From Mizuhopecten yessoensis (taxonomy: Eukaryota), in the NCBI RefSeq assembly GCF_002113885.1, contig NW_018404097.1, positions 285,364-349,363 of the forward strand: a DNA stretch of 64,000 nucleotides. Direction: 5' to 3'. Below, in pieces: positions 27,101 through 42,100 of the stretch (positions are counted from its first letter, which is position 1; the number at the start of each line of letters is the position of its first letter). A model generated the notes under the pieces. That model saw only the letters and a list, made by a program, of their open reading frames with translations, was not told the origin of the DNA and made no database searches. Both the position numbers and the translations under genes were made by a program.

Positions 27101-30100
27101 ATTTACAGTAACAGGTCTGTAAATGGAGAGATTCTTTTGGACATTCTCTACAGAACAGTTACTGTAGAGAATGTCCAGAAGTATCTCTCCATTTACACAA
27201 AGTATCTCTCTATTTACAGACCCGTTACTGTAGAGAATGTCCAAAAGGATCTCTCTATTTACAGACCCGTTACTGTAGAGAATGTCCAAAAGAATCTCTC
27301 CATTTACAGACCAGTTCCTGTAGAGGATGTCCAAAAGTATCTCTCCATTTATAGACCAGTTACTGTAGAGAATGTCCAAAAGTATCTCTCCATTTACAGA
27401 CCTGTTACTGTAGAGAATGTCCAAAAGTATCTCTCCATTTACAGATCAGTTACTGTAGAGAATGTCCAAAAGTATCTCTCTATTTACAGAACAGTTACTG
27501 TAGAGAATGTCCAAAAGTATCTCTCCATTTATAGACCAGTTACAGTAGAGAATGTCCAAAAGTATCTCTCCATTTACAGAACAGTTCCTGTAGAGAATGT
27601 CCAAAAGTATCTCTCCATTTATAGACCAGTTACAGTAGAGAATGTCCAAAAGTATCTCTCTATTTACAGACTAGTTACTGTAGAGAATGTCCAAAAGTAT
27701 CTCTCCATTTATAGACCAGTTACAGTAGAGAATGTCCAAAAGTATCTCTCCATTTACAGAACAGTTACTGTCGAGAATGTCCAAAAGTATCTCTCCATTT
27801 ACAGACCTGTTACAGTAGAGAATGTCCAAAAGTATCTCTCCATTTACAGAACAGTTACTGTCGAGAATGTCCAAAAGTATCTCTCCATTTACAGAACAGT
27901 TACTGTCGAGAATGTCCAAAAGTATCTCTCCATTTACAGACCTGTTACAGTAGAGAATGTCCAAAAGTATCTCTCCATTTACAGAACAGTTACTGTCGAG
28001 AATGTCCAAAAGTATCTCTCCATTTACAGAACAGTTACTGTCGAGAATGTCCAAAAGTATCTCTCCATTTACAGACCTGTTACAGTAGAGAATGTCCAAA
28101 AGTATCTCTCCATTTACAGAACAGTTACTGTCGAGAATGTCCAAAAGTATCTCTCCATTTACAGAACAGTTACTGTCGAGAATGTCCAAAAGTATCTCTC
28201 CATTTACAGAACAGTTACTGTCGAGAATGTCCAAAAGTATCTCTCCATTTACAGAACAGTTACTGTCGAGAATGTCCAAAAGTATCTCTCCATTTACAGA
28301 ACAGTTACTGTCGAGAATGTCCAAAAGTATCTCTCCATTTACAGAACAGTTACTGTCGAGAATGTCCAAAAGTATCTCTCCATTTACAGAACAGTTACTG
28401 TCGAGAATGTCCAAAAGTATCTCTCCATTTACAGAACAGTTCCTGTAGAGAATGTCCAAAAGTATCTCTCCATTTACAGACCTGTTACAGTAGAGAATGT
28501 CCAAAAGTATCTCTCCATTTACAGAACAGTTACTGTCGAGAATGTCCAAAAGTATCTCTCCATTTACAGAACAGTTACTGTCGAGAATGTCCAAAAGTAT
28601 CTCTCCATTTACAGAACAGTTCCTGTAGAGAATGTCCAAAAGTATCTCTCCATTTATAGACCAGTTACAGTAGAGAATGTCCAAAAGTATCTCTCCATTT
28701 ACAGAACAGTTACTGTCGAGAATGTCCAAAAGTATCTCTCCATTTACAGAACAGTTCCTGTAGAGAATGTCCAAAAGTATCTCTCCATTTATAGACCAGT
28801 TACAGTAGAGAATGTCCAAAAGTATCTCTCCATTTACAGACTAGTTACTGTAGAGAACGTCCAAAAGTATCTCTCCATTAACAGAACAGTTATTGTAGAG
28901 AATGTCCAAAAATATCTCTCTATTTACAGAACAGTTACTGTAGAGAATGCCCAAAAGTATCTCTCTATTTACAGAACAGTTACTGTAGAGGATGTCCAAA
29001 AGTATCTCTCTATTTACAGAACAGTTACTGTAGAGAATGTCCAAAGTATCTCTCTAACGGTTTGTAATGTTATTAATTTCACATGAAACATTTAATTAAA
29101 TATGAATGTCACTTTCAAAACCAGATGCCCTCCAATGAACCATAATTATACTATAGAATTATAGTATGTGATGTTTACAGATCTCATGCAATTTCTCCAC
29201 AATGTCAGAAATCCATCACGCCTTTCTTCCAACACACACATAATGAACAGCTCTAGAACTCAGCGAGGAGCTGGTTTTTAGGGGTTTGTCCAATTGAACA
29301 TAAAAATGTACAAAATGATAGTATCCAAACTGTACAGATTCAGTTACATACACAGAGAAGTGATTCCTAGACTGCACTATGAACTTGAAGAGGTATTCCA
29401 GTGACTTCATGGCTCTAATCAACACTTTCTGATTCACCTCCATGGCCCTGTCAACGTAGTCTCGCAGGATCAACATCAGTTTCCTGTCAACACACATGTT
29501 ATGTTAATGTACTGTTTACTTCTTAGGGCCAATGTTCCTATCCACACATTACTGTTACTGTCAATGTTCCTATCCACACATTTCTGTTACTGTCAATGTT
29601 TCTATCCACACATTACTGTTACTGTCAATGTTCATGTATGTCACATAACTGATAAACTTCTCATAATAAATTCACTTCTAATACTAACAGCATCTAGCTG
29701 AATATTACATTATATTTTAATGAAATCTAAATTGATTAAAAAGATATCATCAAAATAAGATCTAGTTTCTTTAACTCATTTTTAGTTCTCTATACAGTTT
29801 GTTAATGAAATATCCTTACTACATCTTCTTGTCAGTTTTTTACCTTTGCCACAAATGAACAAATTTTTGCAATTAGATTTATCAATGAGCAGCTACACTT
29901 TCAATAAACACATATTTGCCAATTTCATACATACTCATAGGCCATGGCAAAGCTGAATGAGGTGGTTACATAGGCATCCAGAACAGGCCGGAACTGGTGG
30001 TACTTCCTGTCTGAGATCAGGCCAATGATGTGTACCTACAGAAAATACAAGGTCACAAGGTGATAAAGTCAAGGTCACCAACCGATATCTAACATTTTTA

Positions 30101-33100
30101 TTCAAGACATATTGGAACAACAAGATAAATGATACAGGCTGATAACTATTGCTTATAAAAACATGTTTGTTTTAAACTTTTAAAAAAAATCTAACGTTTG
30201 CATTTTTTCCAATTATAAATTTCAGGCTTAGTAAACCACAACATCTAACTGATAAGAGTCCATTTTGAAATCTGAAGGATATAACAGCTCCCTTTCTGTC
30301 TTTTAAAAATGACCAGATATTTTCATGTTTTCCAATTTACATCTTTTATTGATTGAGGATTTTTCAGCTTACCAAGAAAATGTTTTTAAAACACACATAT
30401 GCCCCGGCTCCTGTAGTCTGACCAACTAAATGGAACAAATGCAAAGTCATTAATGTTGCTGGGACACAATCTTGTGATTACACATCTACTCACCAATGCC
30501 TCAAACACCAAGTTATCATACATCTCAGAAATGTTTGTCTCAATCAGAATGTTGAACAAAGAGTCAAGGAGATCCTGTAGGAACTGAAAGGTAAAACACA
30601 CATTATCAGTTTGATGATATATTGTGAAATTACACAAGATTTCCATTTCAAAATTTTGCATTCATCCACTGTTTCAAGACAAGAGACCTTTTAACATAAA
30701 TACACACATATTTCACTTCTTCAATAGACATTTGATGAAATCTAGCCTTTATACAAAATCTGATGAAGTAAATTGAGAACATTTTCAAAAAATTGTGAAA
30801 TTAGTGCCACAGATCAAATTCTTACTTTCAATTTAATGAAACTGCCTGTAGTGAAGTTGCTATAGTTACTGAAATAGTATATGTTGCTATGGTTACTGAA
30901 ATAGTATATGTTGCTATGGTTACTATAACATCAACAGTTGAGTTGATGTACAGCTAATGTACATGTTGCTACTAAATTTGTATATTCTAGCACCTGACCT
31001 TTCCGTGACTTTGATACTGACCTTGACTATTTCCTCTCCATCTACATGCATCAGTTTGTCGAGGTGAGTCCGCAGTACAGACGTGTCGTTCAACATCTCC
31101 TGCCATTTTAACAATCCCAGGAGATCAACTACAGCGACAAGACAGATACAGTGTGTTATAAAACATAGGATCTTAAAGCAGCTTCCATACCTTTGAACTT
31201 AACAATACAAATCTAGAAATTTCTGTTTTGCTGAGTCTTTGCAAACCAAAAAGTATCATAAATGTTGTGTGAAACAGATATGATTTCAAGAAACTTTTAC
31301 CACATGACCAAAATGTGTAAATACTCACCATAAACTTTAATTTTCTGTCATGAAGTATTCACAATCAACATCTTGACTTCATGTTTAATGTCTTAAATGT
31401 GTCAACATGATATGATGTTATGTCCACTGTCTTTAAGATATATCTACCAATATGTGCCCTTCCTCCCCTAGTGACATACCATTATGTGTGAGTTTGGTGG
31501 AGCAGACAAATGTGTTGACCATGAAACTGTCCCTCTGGTTGAGTGTGAAGGGCCCGGAGAACAGTGGTATCTTGCTTCCCTTCTGGATGTCCTGGGAATC
31601 TAGAACATCTCGTGTCGAGGGCAGGTCAAGATATGGGTCACTGTCATCATGTTTTCTCTCAATCTGGAACAAACACCAGAATAAAAGGTTGAAATAGAAG
31701 AGCAATTTCGAAAAGAATCTCACAATGTAAGGTTGAGAAAAATGACATTACATGACTTTTTTTATTGACTGATGAATTCATACCATTACCTCAATGTTGA
31801 GTTCATTGACCAGTACAGTTCAGTAAATAGACTTACCTTATACATCAACTAGTTATAATGTTAGGTTCATTGAATGATAAACTTTATTAGATAGACTTGC
31901 CTTAAACATCAACTGATTACAATCATAATGTTGGGTTCATTGAATGATAAACTTAATGGATCCACTTACCTTATACATCAATTGGTTATAATGTTTGGTT
32001 CATTGACCAATAAACTTCAGTAGATAGACTTACCTTATACATCAATTGGTTATAATGTTTGGTTCATAGACCGATAAACTTCAGTAGATAGACTTACCTT
32101 ATACATCAATTGGTTATAATGTTTGGTTCATAGACCGATAAACTTCAGTAGCTAGACTTACCTTATACACCAACAGGTTATGATCAGTGTCGGCTAATGT
32201 TGTGTGGTTCTTGTTCATCAGTTTCACAAAAGACATAGCAAATGGCCGCTCTGCTCTGTCCTTGTCTGTTAAAATACCCAGATAAATGTCAGATGCATTT
32301 CTCACAGACATAACAATACAATATATGTAGATAATATCCTAATACAACATATGTAGATTATAATATCCTAATCATTAAACACAACATGTGTAGAAAATCT
32401 TCTGATCATTGAATACAAAATATATTATCTATTTCACTTGAAATTAAAGTCTTAAATTATTTGTACCATACTACAAAAACTTACAACAATGTCTTATTAC
32501 AAAGTCTTACTATAATGTCTTACTATGAAAGTCTTACTATAACGCCTTCCTACAAAGTCTTACTATAATGCCTTACTACGAAAGTCTTACTATAATGTTT
32601 TAATTACTACGAAAGTCTTACTATAATGCCTTACTACAAAGTTTTACTATAATGCTTTACCACAAAGTCTTACTATAATGTCTTACTACAAAGTCTTACT
32701 ATAATGCCTTACTACAAAGTCTTACTATAATGCCTTACCACAAAGTCTTACTATAATGCCTTACTACAAAGTCTTACTATAATGCCTTACCACAAAGTCT
32801 TACTATAATGCCTTACTACAAAGTTTTACTATAATGTCTTACTACAAAGTCTTACTAAAATATCTTACTACGAAAGTCTTACAGTGCTATACATACTTTC
32901 ACTTGTTGACTTATGTTTAAACAAGAACTTAAGATGCAATCCTCTAAATTCTTCTTCTGTGGATATAGCCACCTGGAAAAGAAACAAAAAGGCAACTACA
33001 GTATATATATGATAGGTGTTTTAATATTATAACTAAACGTCTGCTGAATTAACTTCTGCTTTGAATGGCACAATCAAAACTATATAAAAAGTTATTAAAA

Positions 33101-36100
33101 TATTTGTGAATATTCATTCCAACATGATCAAATGTCTCCGTATTGTATATTTCTCAAGGTTTAAATCAAACTTCTTTAAATTCCCCTATACCAAAAATCA
33201 AAGATGGCTGAAATTCCTCCAACTACATTTACTGGAGGTTTGAAGATTTGTAGCCTACCTTGACAGTCTCATACCACTTGGGTTTGTCCTCATGGTAGTA
33301 AACCATAGTCCTGTACTCCGTCATCAGTTCCCCTCCACATCCATGGCTGATAACAGCCTACAATGTAAAACATACACAACTCAGTCTTCTGGTTACCTGT
33401 GTATATTGTACCTGTATCTACCTAACTTACAGTACTGGTGTTCAGCCTAACTTGTGTATATTGTACCTGTATCTACCTAACTTACAGTACAGGTGTTCAG
33501 CCTAACCTGTGTATATTGTACCTGTATCTATCTAACTTACAGTACAGGTGTTCAGCCTAACCTGTGTATATTGTACCTGTATCTACCTAATTAACACACC
33601 AGGTGTTCAGACATCACCTGTGTATATTGTACCTGTATCTACCTGATTAACACACCAGGTGTTTAGACATTACCTTTAATTTCTCCAGGTTTTTGTTACA
33701 GACGACCATTGTGACCTCTACATTTTTGTCGGCTGTTTTCGTTGGTCCGCGTGTGAATTCTCCCTGCTTGATTGTGATGTAGATGTCATTTCGTACGTCA
33801 CCTGTATATGTTCAAACCCAAACATGTTTTAGTTAATAAATCTATAGAGCATTACAGAAATGATGTACAGTATCACTATAGGATTCTCCCGTATACCAGT
33901 AGGTTTTCTCTGTAAAGTATTAATCAGACACAAGTACTCACTTACTACCTGACATTAACGTAAGTAATGAAACCTTAAAATATATTGTTAAATACTTCCA
34001 TCAAGTCATTGAACAGTTGACATTTTTCTGAATAACTGTGCTGTGTAAAATACACCATCGACTAAAAGTGATATATTTCTCTACTAAAAGTAATGTGTAA
34101 TTATTTTTGTCATATTACATAACTTGATAACATTTACGACTCACAAAGTAATTACTCCAACACACAACTTCACAAAAGTTATCAATTACAAAAGCTGGTA
34201 TGTAAAAGCAATAATGAAGCAACTCTCCATAATTTTTTTCCACTTTCCCATAAAAATTTTGTGCCAAAGATAAAGACAGAATTAATAAATTTGATACAAC
34301 ATTGAAAACTAATCTCCCACAGATAACTTGTCTATCTGTCCTATAAGAAAACCGTTTTGGCCCCCACCCCTGCTATACCTTGTATGTGCGTGAAAGTGTC
34401 TGAGAAAAACTTGGAGAGATCTGCTCTTTTATTGCGACATTTTTATGGCTTTTTTTTCATAAGCAGGGAAACACTGAACAGTTATATTATGTTAGAACAA
34501 AACTTGAAATAAAACAAACCTATATTTGAAAACACTACTCCCCTAAACAATACTCTGCTTTAGAAAAACAGCATTTGTTGTGAATGGTGACAAAAAGGTC
34601 AAAAGTATTAGAGAAAAAAGGAGCATGAAGAAAGATGCTGAAACTTCAGCTTATAACACACCACCAACTAGCGGTAATATCTGTTTGTACTACCGGTAAT
34701 ATCTGTCTGTACTACCGGTAATATCTGTCTGTACTGGCGGTAATATCTGTTTGTACTGGCGGTAATATCTGTTTGTACTGGCGGTAATATATGTTTGTAC
34801 TAGCGGTAATATCTGTTTGTACTACCGGTAATATCTGTTTGTACTACCGGTAATATCTGTTTGTACTGGCGGTAATATCTGTTTGTACTAGCGGTAATAT
34901 CTGTTTGTACTACCGGTAATATCTGTCTGTACTGGCGGTAATATCTGTTTGTACTGGCGGTAATATATGTTTGTACTGGCGGTAATATATGTTTGTACTA
35001 GCGGTAATATCTGTCTGTACTACCGGTAATATCTGTTTGTACTACCGGTAATATCTGTTTGTACTGGCAGTAATATCTGTTTGTACTGGCGGTAATATCT
35101 GTTTGTACTGGCAGTAATATCTGTTTGTACTGGCGGTAATATCTGTTTGTACTGGCAGTAATATCTGTTTGTACTGGCGGTAATATCTGTCTGTACTACC
35201 GGTAATATCTGTTTGTACTACCGGTAATATCTGTTTGTACTACCGGTAATATCTGTTTGTACTGGCAGTAATATATGTTTGTACTGGCGGTAATATCTGT
35301 TTGTACTGGCAGTAATATCTGTTTGTACTGGCGGTAATATCTGTCTGTACTACCGGTAATATCTGTTTGTACTGGCGGTAATATCTGTTTGTACTACCGG
35401 TAATATCTGTCTGTACTACCGGTAATATCTGTCTGTACTACCGGTAATATCTGTTTGTACTACTGGTAATATCTGTTTGTACTGGCGGTAATATCTGTCT
35501 GTCCAGATCCACAGCCGGTATGGACCACACTGCCATATTACTTATGAGACCTTTATTTATGTGTATAAAACCAATGCAGAACAACAAAATAACAACATCA
35601 AAAGCAAAAGCAACACAATCATTTGATTTGATCATATGTGCCAATTACAACACAATGTATTGCCTGTTGGGAACTTGAAGATGATACTACCTCGTACATG
35701 GATATATAGAAGTAATAACACGCATGGTTGAACAGCAAATGTTTTTTTTTCTTTCAAATATAAGTGACCTTATCAAATTATATTTTAATAGCTATTTACA
35801 ACACATGGGGCCTTAACAGCTCTCCTGGGTGATGTTTCAGGACACATGATAATTACGTACAGGGTATTTCACACAACCGTGTGTAACTTCTCCCCCTTAC
35901 ATATGGTTAATGGGTACCCGTAGATTTACGTACGCATTGTGAAAAGGCAACAAGTTTTTTTAATTTGTAATTGAAAATAGTTGAATATTGTACACGTATA
36001 CAAAAGTAATACAATATATACGGGATATGAACTGAGAACAGGCAGAAATCCCTTTTGGGGCCCAACCCTCTGCACATGGCACATCATTCATTTAATGAAA

Positions 36101-39100
36101 TTAAAATTATTTTACTCACAATAAAAGAATAGGATTTTAAAGATGTTCCTGTATTTCTTCTATTGAACCCTGCCCCTCTCCCCCTAGCAAGACAACATCC
36201 TCTGTTGAAACATTGAGTCAACTTGGCCCAAGGATACTCCACACCAAATCAGCTCAAAATCCTTTTCCCTTATTCAAGGAGCAGTATTTTGAAGATTTAC
36301 CTTTATTTCCCTAATTATTTGGCCTTACTTTCCCTAAAAAAGCCACATCCTCCATTTGTAAAATATAGAGCCTCCTTGGGCCATTTATGTTCTTGTACTT
36401 TTGACATTAGCCTAGGACCAGGCTTTTTGACAACATTTACACATAAATATCAATAAGCAAAAAAGTGAATGATTGATAAAACCTATTCCAACATTGCTAA
36501 GTAAGGACATAAATGGCTAAAAACTCCATAAGGTGCAATGCTACAACATGTAGGATGTAGTAAATGTGGACATGTGGGCTTACCTCCTAGTACGAGTCAA
36601 CAGATAAACATATCAATACAGGTATGTTATACAGGTATTACACAGGTATATTATGATATTACACAGGTATATCACACAGGTGGGAACAACTACAATACAT
36701 CATTCGGTACATCATCGGTCACTGGATCAAATTTGTTATACCAAATTAAAGTTTACAGGTAAGAAATGATTGTAACCACAAGAAAATATGGATATGCTAA
36801 ACGATAAAATTATCCAAAACAGTCAGTTTTATGTTCTGTAAGTTCTAAAACCAGGTTACTTCTTAGAATGAATTTCAAGGTTAGCACTGTCACATATCTC
36901 TAGGTAAACTCTTTCTCTTTGTAAATGTCAAGGAAACACAATCAGTTTTCTTCTAAGTTTCAAACATTACACTCAACATCAGATTTTCTACTTTCTGTCA
37001 GGATATTCCAATACATTAGAGCTTTGAAATGCACCGATACCATTGGTACCTGGATATTACGTACCTGGCATGATGACTTCTGGGAAACCCATCTTACGAG
37101 ACACAGGTGTGTTCTGGCCAACAAGGTGTGGAAAGTCTTCTCGCACCTGTCATACAGAGAAATTTCTGTCTTATGGAGAAATTCTTGTCATATAGAAATT
37201 AAGTAGTCAAACAGAGAGATTAAACACGCATGTTCAAATTGTTACAGAGAAACTCCAGCCATACAGAAATCAAGTGCAGTAAAATCCTGCTATGGAAAAA
37301 ATCTTGTCACAGAAAACAATATACCAGTATATACAGTCATGAAATTTTCTACAGAAGGATAGATGGACCTATGGACAGGGTGATTACTGTACTGAACACA
37401 CGCTCTCAGAATGCCTTAACGACACTACATCTGTCCAAAAACCTCACTTTTCATTATGAAATCTGGAATCTATCTTTCTGGATTAATGCATCATCATTGT
37501 CTTGATGGAAAAAAATACATATTGTTTGGAATATAACCTAACTGAAATGAAATTTTCAACTGTTAAATGTGAACTGACTTGTTTAGGGTCACCAGACAGG
37601 ATCTTCATAGAAACCCATACACCTTGTCCTTTATGGTTAATATCCTTGGCAACGACCACCTTCCGAATCAAGCTTTCCATCGCCTCCTTTTCTCCACACC
37701 TACCAAACACACATAGTTAACATTATACAAGGCATTGACTGTTAGGTATATTGTACATGTTTCCTTAAACTTACAGGCTATCTTATTTGCAAATTTGTGT
37801 ACTTCAAACTTTGACTCTTTTATCATTTAAGTATGTGAACCTACTACTGTATGGATGTTGATAAATCTTGGAAAAAAAGGAATTGCTATAATAATCGAAC
37901 ATTTTACAATTCTTTTGGTTTTGTTTTGTTTTTTAGACGGATCCATGATAAAAACAGGAATCCCAATAGAACTCTTTAAAAAGTAATATGGAAAGATTTC
38001 TTTCAATAGAAACTGTCTTCAGAGATCATTTTTTATACAGTTTTTATTTTGAAAGAAGTAAATGATTGAAAAAGAGAGATTATAAGTTATGAGCAAAACA
38101 AATTACCCATAATTCAACATTGGATAAAATAGACCTTGGATTTGCTGTTGAAATGGTATAAGAGAGATTGTTTCCAAACTTACTGCTGAAATGGTATAAG
38201 AGAGATTGTTTCCAGACTTACTGCTGAAATGGTATAAGAGAGATTGTTTACAGACTTACTGTTGAAATGGTATAAGAGAGAATGTTTCCAGACTTACTGC
38301 TGAAATGGTATGAAATGCTGTGTCTCCTCTGAACACTCCTGTTTGCCATTCATGATTTCTGTTATATCCAGGGCTGAAGTACAAAACATAGACAACTCGT
38401 AAGAACACAATTACATAGCATTGGTGATTTACTGATACAATGGAAGACAAAGCTGCTACTATGGTGATTTACTGATACAATGGAAGACAAAGCTGTTACC
38501 ATGGTGATTTACTGATACAATGGAAGGCAAAGCTGTTACCATGGTGATTTAATGAAACAATGGAAGACAAAGCTGTTACCATGGTGATTTACTGATACAA
38601 TGGGAGACAAAGCTGTTACCATGGTGATTTACTGATACAATGGGAGACAAAGCTGTTACCATGGTGATTTACTGATACAATGGAAGACAAGCTGTTACCA
38701 TGGTGATTTATTGAAACAATGGAAGACAAAGCTGTTACCATGGTGATTTACTGATACAATGGGAGACAACGCTGTTACCATGGTGATTTACTGATACAAT
38801 GGGAGACAAAGCTGTTACCATGGTGATTTACTGATACAATGGAAGACAAAGCTGTTACCATGGTGATTTAGCACTTTCTACGTAATTCAGCAATGCTTTC
38901 AAACCCTTTGGGGAAATTTATGTTTAGGAAATAAATTTTTCATAAAACAGTTGGATTTGTTTTCAATATTTTGCAGTAGTGATCAAAATGGTCTCAAAGG
39001 AAACCTTTTCTGACACGAGATATACCTTGGACCACAGTTGTTCTAATATCATTTTCAATGTTCTAAGGTGTTATTCTGTGTATATTACCTGCTACTCCAA

Positions 39101-42100
39101 ATGGTCGCTTCAGCCCTTTCGTTTGTTTCTTGTCGTCTACATCTTTCGTATCCATGACCCCTGTATCAACAGGAAATGTAAACTTGACGAAGTTCTCAAA
39201 ACCACACAATTTAAATAAAATCAAACATACATATACATGTTTACCTATACATCATTTTGATATACATGTATTACCTATACATCATTTTGATATACATGTA
39301 TTACCTATACATCATTTTGATATACATGTATTACCTATACATCATTTTGATATACATGTATTACCTATACATCATTTTGATATACATGTATTACCTATAC
39401 ATCATTTTGATATACATGTATTACCTATACATCATTTTGATATACATGTATTACCTATACATCATTTTGAAGTGTTTAACTGAACTGTTTTTACAAACTA
39501 AACAGATGTCTCCATTAAGGTTTATCTTGTGCTCAACATCATAAATGCACAATTTCATTTATTTGCTTATCAATATTTTTGATAGAAAATAATATTCATC
39601 TCAAGAATGAAATCATTAAAAGTAACATGATGTAAATATGAGTGGGATTTGAGAATTTAATTGGGGGGTTTTTCCTGGAAAATTTTACCTCAAAAACTTG
39701 CAATGGGAAATATTACGAATAGAAAGGTTGAACTTTCACATGCGCCTCTGTAGTTGATAATGTTAAACATGTACTAGGTAGGTGTTTGAAGTCTTTTTTG
39801 AGATTTTGTCACTCAAGATTTCTACCCATTAAAGTTTGATAGTTTGGCAAGTATGTGTGAAACAGTATATGTACTATGTGTCATAGAATGAGCTAACTTA
39901 CCTATTCTTACAATTTGAAAAACTAAAAATACTTTTTCTCGCTGTCGGTCTTTAGCACCTAAGTCCTGTAAACAGAAGTAAATACATCATTACTGTGTTG
40001 TTGTTACGACTGGCTTTTATATTGGTAAATCAGTGATTCTGAGATTGATCAGGACTACCAACAAGTAACAGGATAACCTTATCAGTTATGTGTGACATGA
40101 AAAGTAAATATAGCCAACACTGAACACCTGTAGGAAGTTCTGGAAATCAGGGAGATCAGAAATGACTATTGTATATATATCCGTTTTCATGTCAAATGTT
40201 CAAGTTCAAATTTCTAAATTATTTATAAGCGTATCACATATTAACATAAACATTGTTTTTATATAGTATAACATATAAACGACTAGTACTTAGTCAAAAC
40301 TACTCACATTTGAAAATATTGATAAGACAAGTGTTTATATACAATGGTTCAGATTGGGATTTGAAATGAGACCCTCTCAATATCAGACAAATCATCTAAA
40401 CAATAATCTTCACAAGTATAAATCTATCAGACTTGTACACACCAGCTACATGTGCTGTATCTGACAGTATACGTACCGTGAACACCACTTTATAATTGTT
40501 CAGCATTTCTAAGTTCTTTGGTACCCCTCCTCCCTTGGCCCATTTCACTACATAATTTTCACTGAAAAGTCAATAATATCACAGTGTTACTTTATTTCAT
40601 TTTTCACATTCGTGTTCAACTTTATTTAAAACAATAACCTTTAATTACACACTCCAGAAAAGTTGTCCACACAAGTATATTTAAGTCTAAGTTTTAAAAG
40701 GTACAAATTCTCACCTGATAAATTTTCCAAATTTGGCATCATAAAGGCTCATCAAGATATCTGCATCCTCGCCGATCCGACAAACAAAATTTCTAAGTTT
40801 GACAAAAAGGTTAAAAGTGTGTGGCCATGTGAGATTGAGTCCTTCCTCCTTGCCAGTGTTTACCTGTAAATCATAAACAACAGTTATACAGGTGTGGCTT
40901 GTAATCTGGTGGAAAGTTCCGTCGATAAACTCCAAATATAACAGATCGGATCAATCTACGTTAAATACAAATTAACCACTGTCTGCCTCATAGTGGCATT
41001 GCAGTTTTATTAATTAGCATTTAATGACACACAATCAAAGTGCCCTTGGCACTGGAGGATTGGCGGCCTGAGTGTGTTTTTCTACAGATTTCAGGCTACT
41101 GTATTCATTCATGCGGAAAGAAATAAAACAAAGCTTGGCCCGTTTCGCTCCTGTTACAAAAGTGACAATAGTGTCTGTTTTACGTTTTACTTTATGACTG
41201 TTTTATACCAAAGTAATACCTGTAGCATACATTAACAACAGTACAATGCAACTTCAATGTCTTTTTTACTTCACACCATATATTCTATTCCGTCTTTACG
41301 TATTGCAGAGTTATCTTCTCTCGTGAGCAGGTATTGATTGTTACGTCATTGGTTTGTGAGAGTAACGTCATCAATTTTTGAGAAAACGACGTAATTTTCT
41401 CACACAAACAAATGGCGTAACAATCAATACCTGCTAACAAGAGAAGATACCTCTGCAATACACAAAGACGGAATACTTCGATTTGACTATGGTATGGTTT
41501 TATCTGGCATGGTTACATCATGGTAATCATCAGCAAATTGATACTCTTAACATTTATGGTAAGTTTCATTATGCTGTAACATAATTATTTTTGAAAACAG
41601 TAATAGATAAGCACAGCCATGTACAGAAAAAGTCCTATATAGAGATGTTTCGAGCTGTTGTGAATTGACATCAATGTTGTATTGTTTCCTGCCATTACTA
41701 TTACCACCTGTAGATTGTATTAATTACAATAGCATGTTTTATACTGTGTTTACCTTTTCTGCTTTGATTCGATCAGCTGCAAGTTCATGCTGAAAAATTA
41801 ACATTAGAAATCTGATATGAACATAAGAACTCCATAATTAGTGACAAACAGATACATAACTACGTAAACTTCTACACAACTGTACAAATTGAGAACATAA
41901 TTTTCTAAGAAGTAAATGTTCATGGCGCAAAAAAATAATCTTTTTGCCAAGAATAAAGAACTTTGACTGTGAAAATATCTGAGTATACAGTAAAATGAAG
42001 ATAAATAGTATTTCAATTTTACAACAGTGAATACAAACTCATTTCTTGAAGACTTGTTTTGATTAAACACTGTCTGATCAGTAAGTCAGGATCTTTGCTT

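Noticed and set aside
26125-29086. 328-aa and 682-aa ORFs of [13 protein letters not shown] repeats (and antisense ORFs)
   Set aside because: By-products of a stop-free 45-bp intronic array; no unique domain or independent gene structure.
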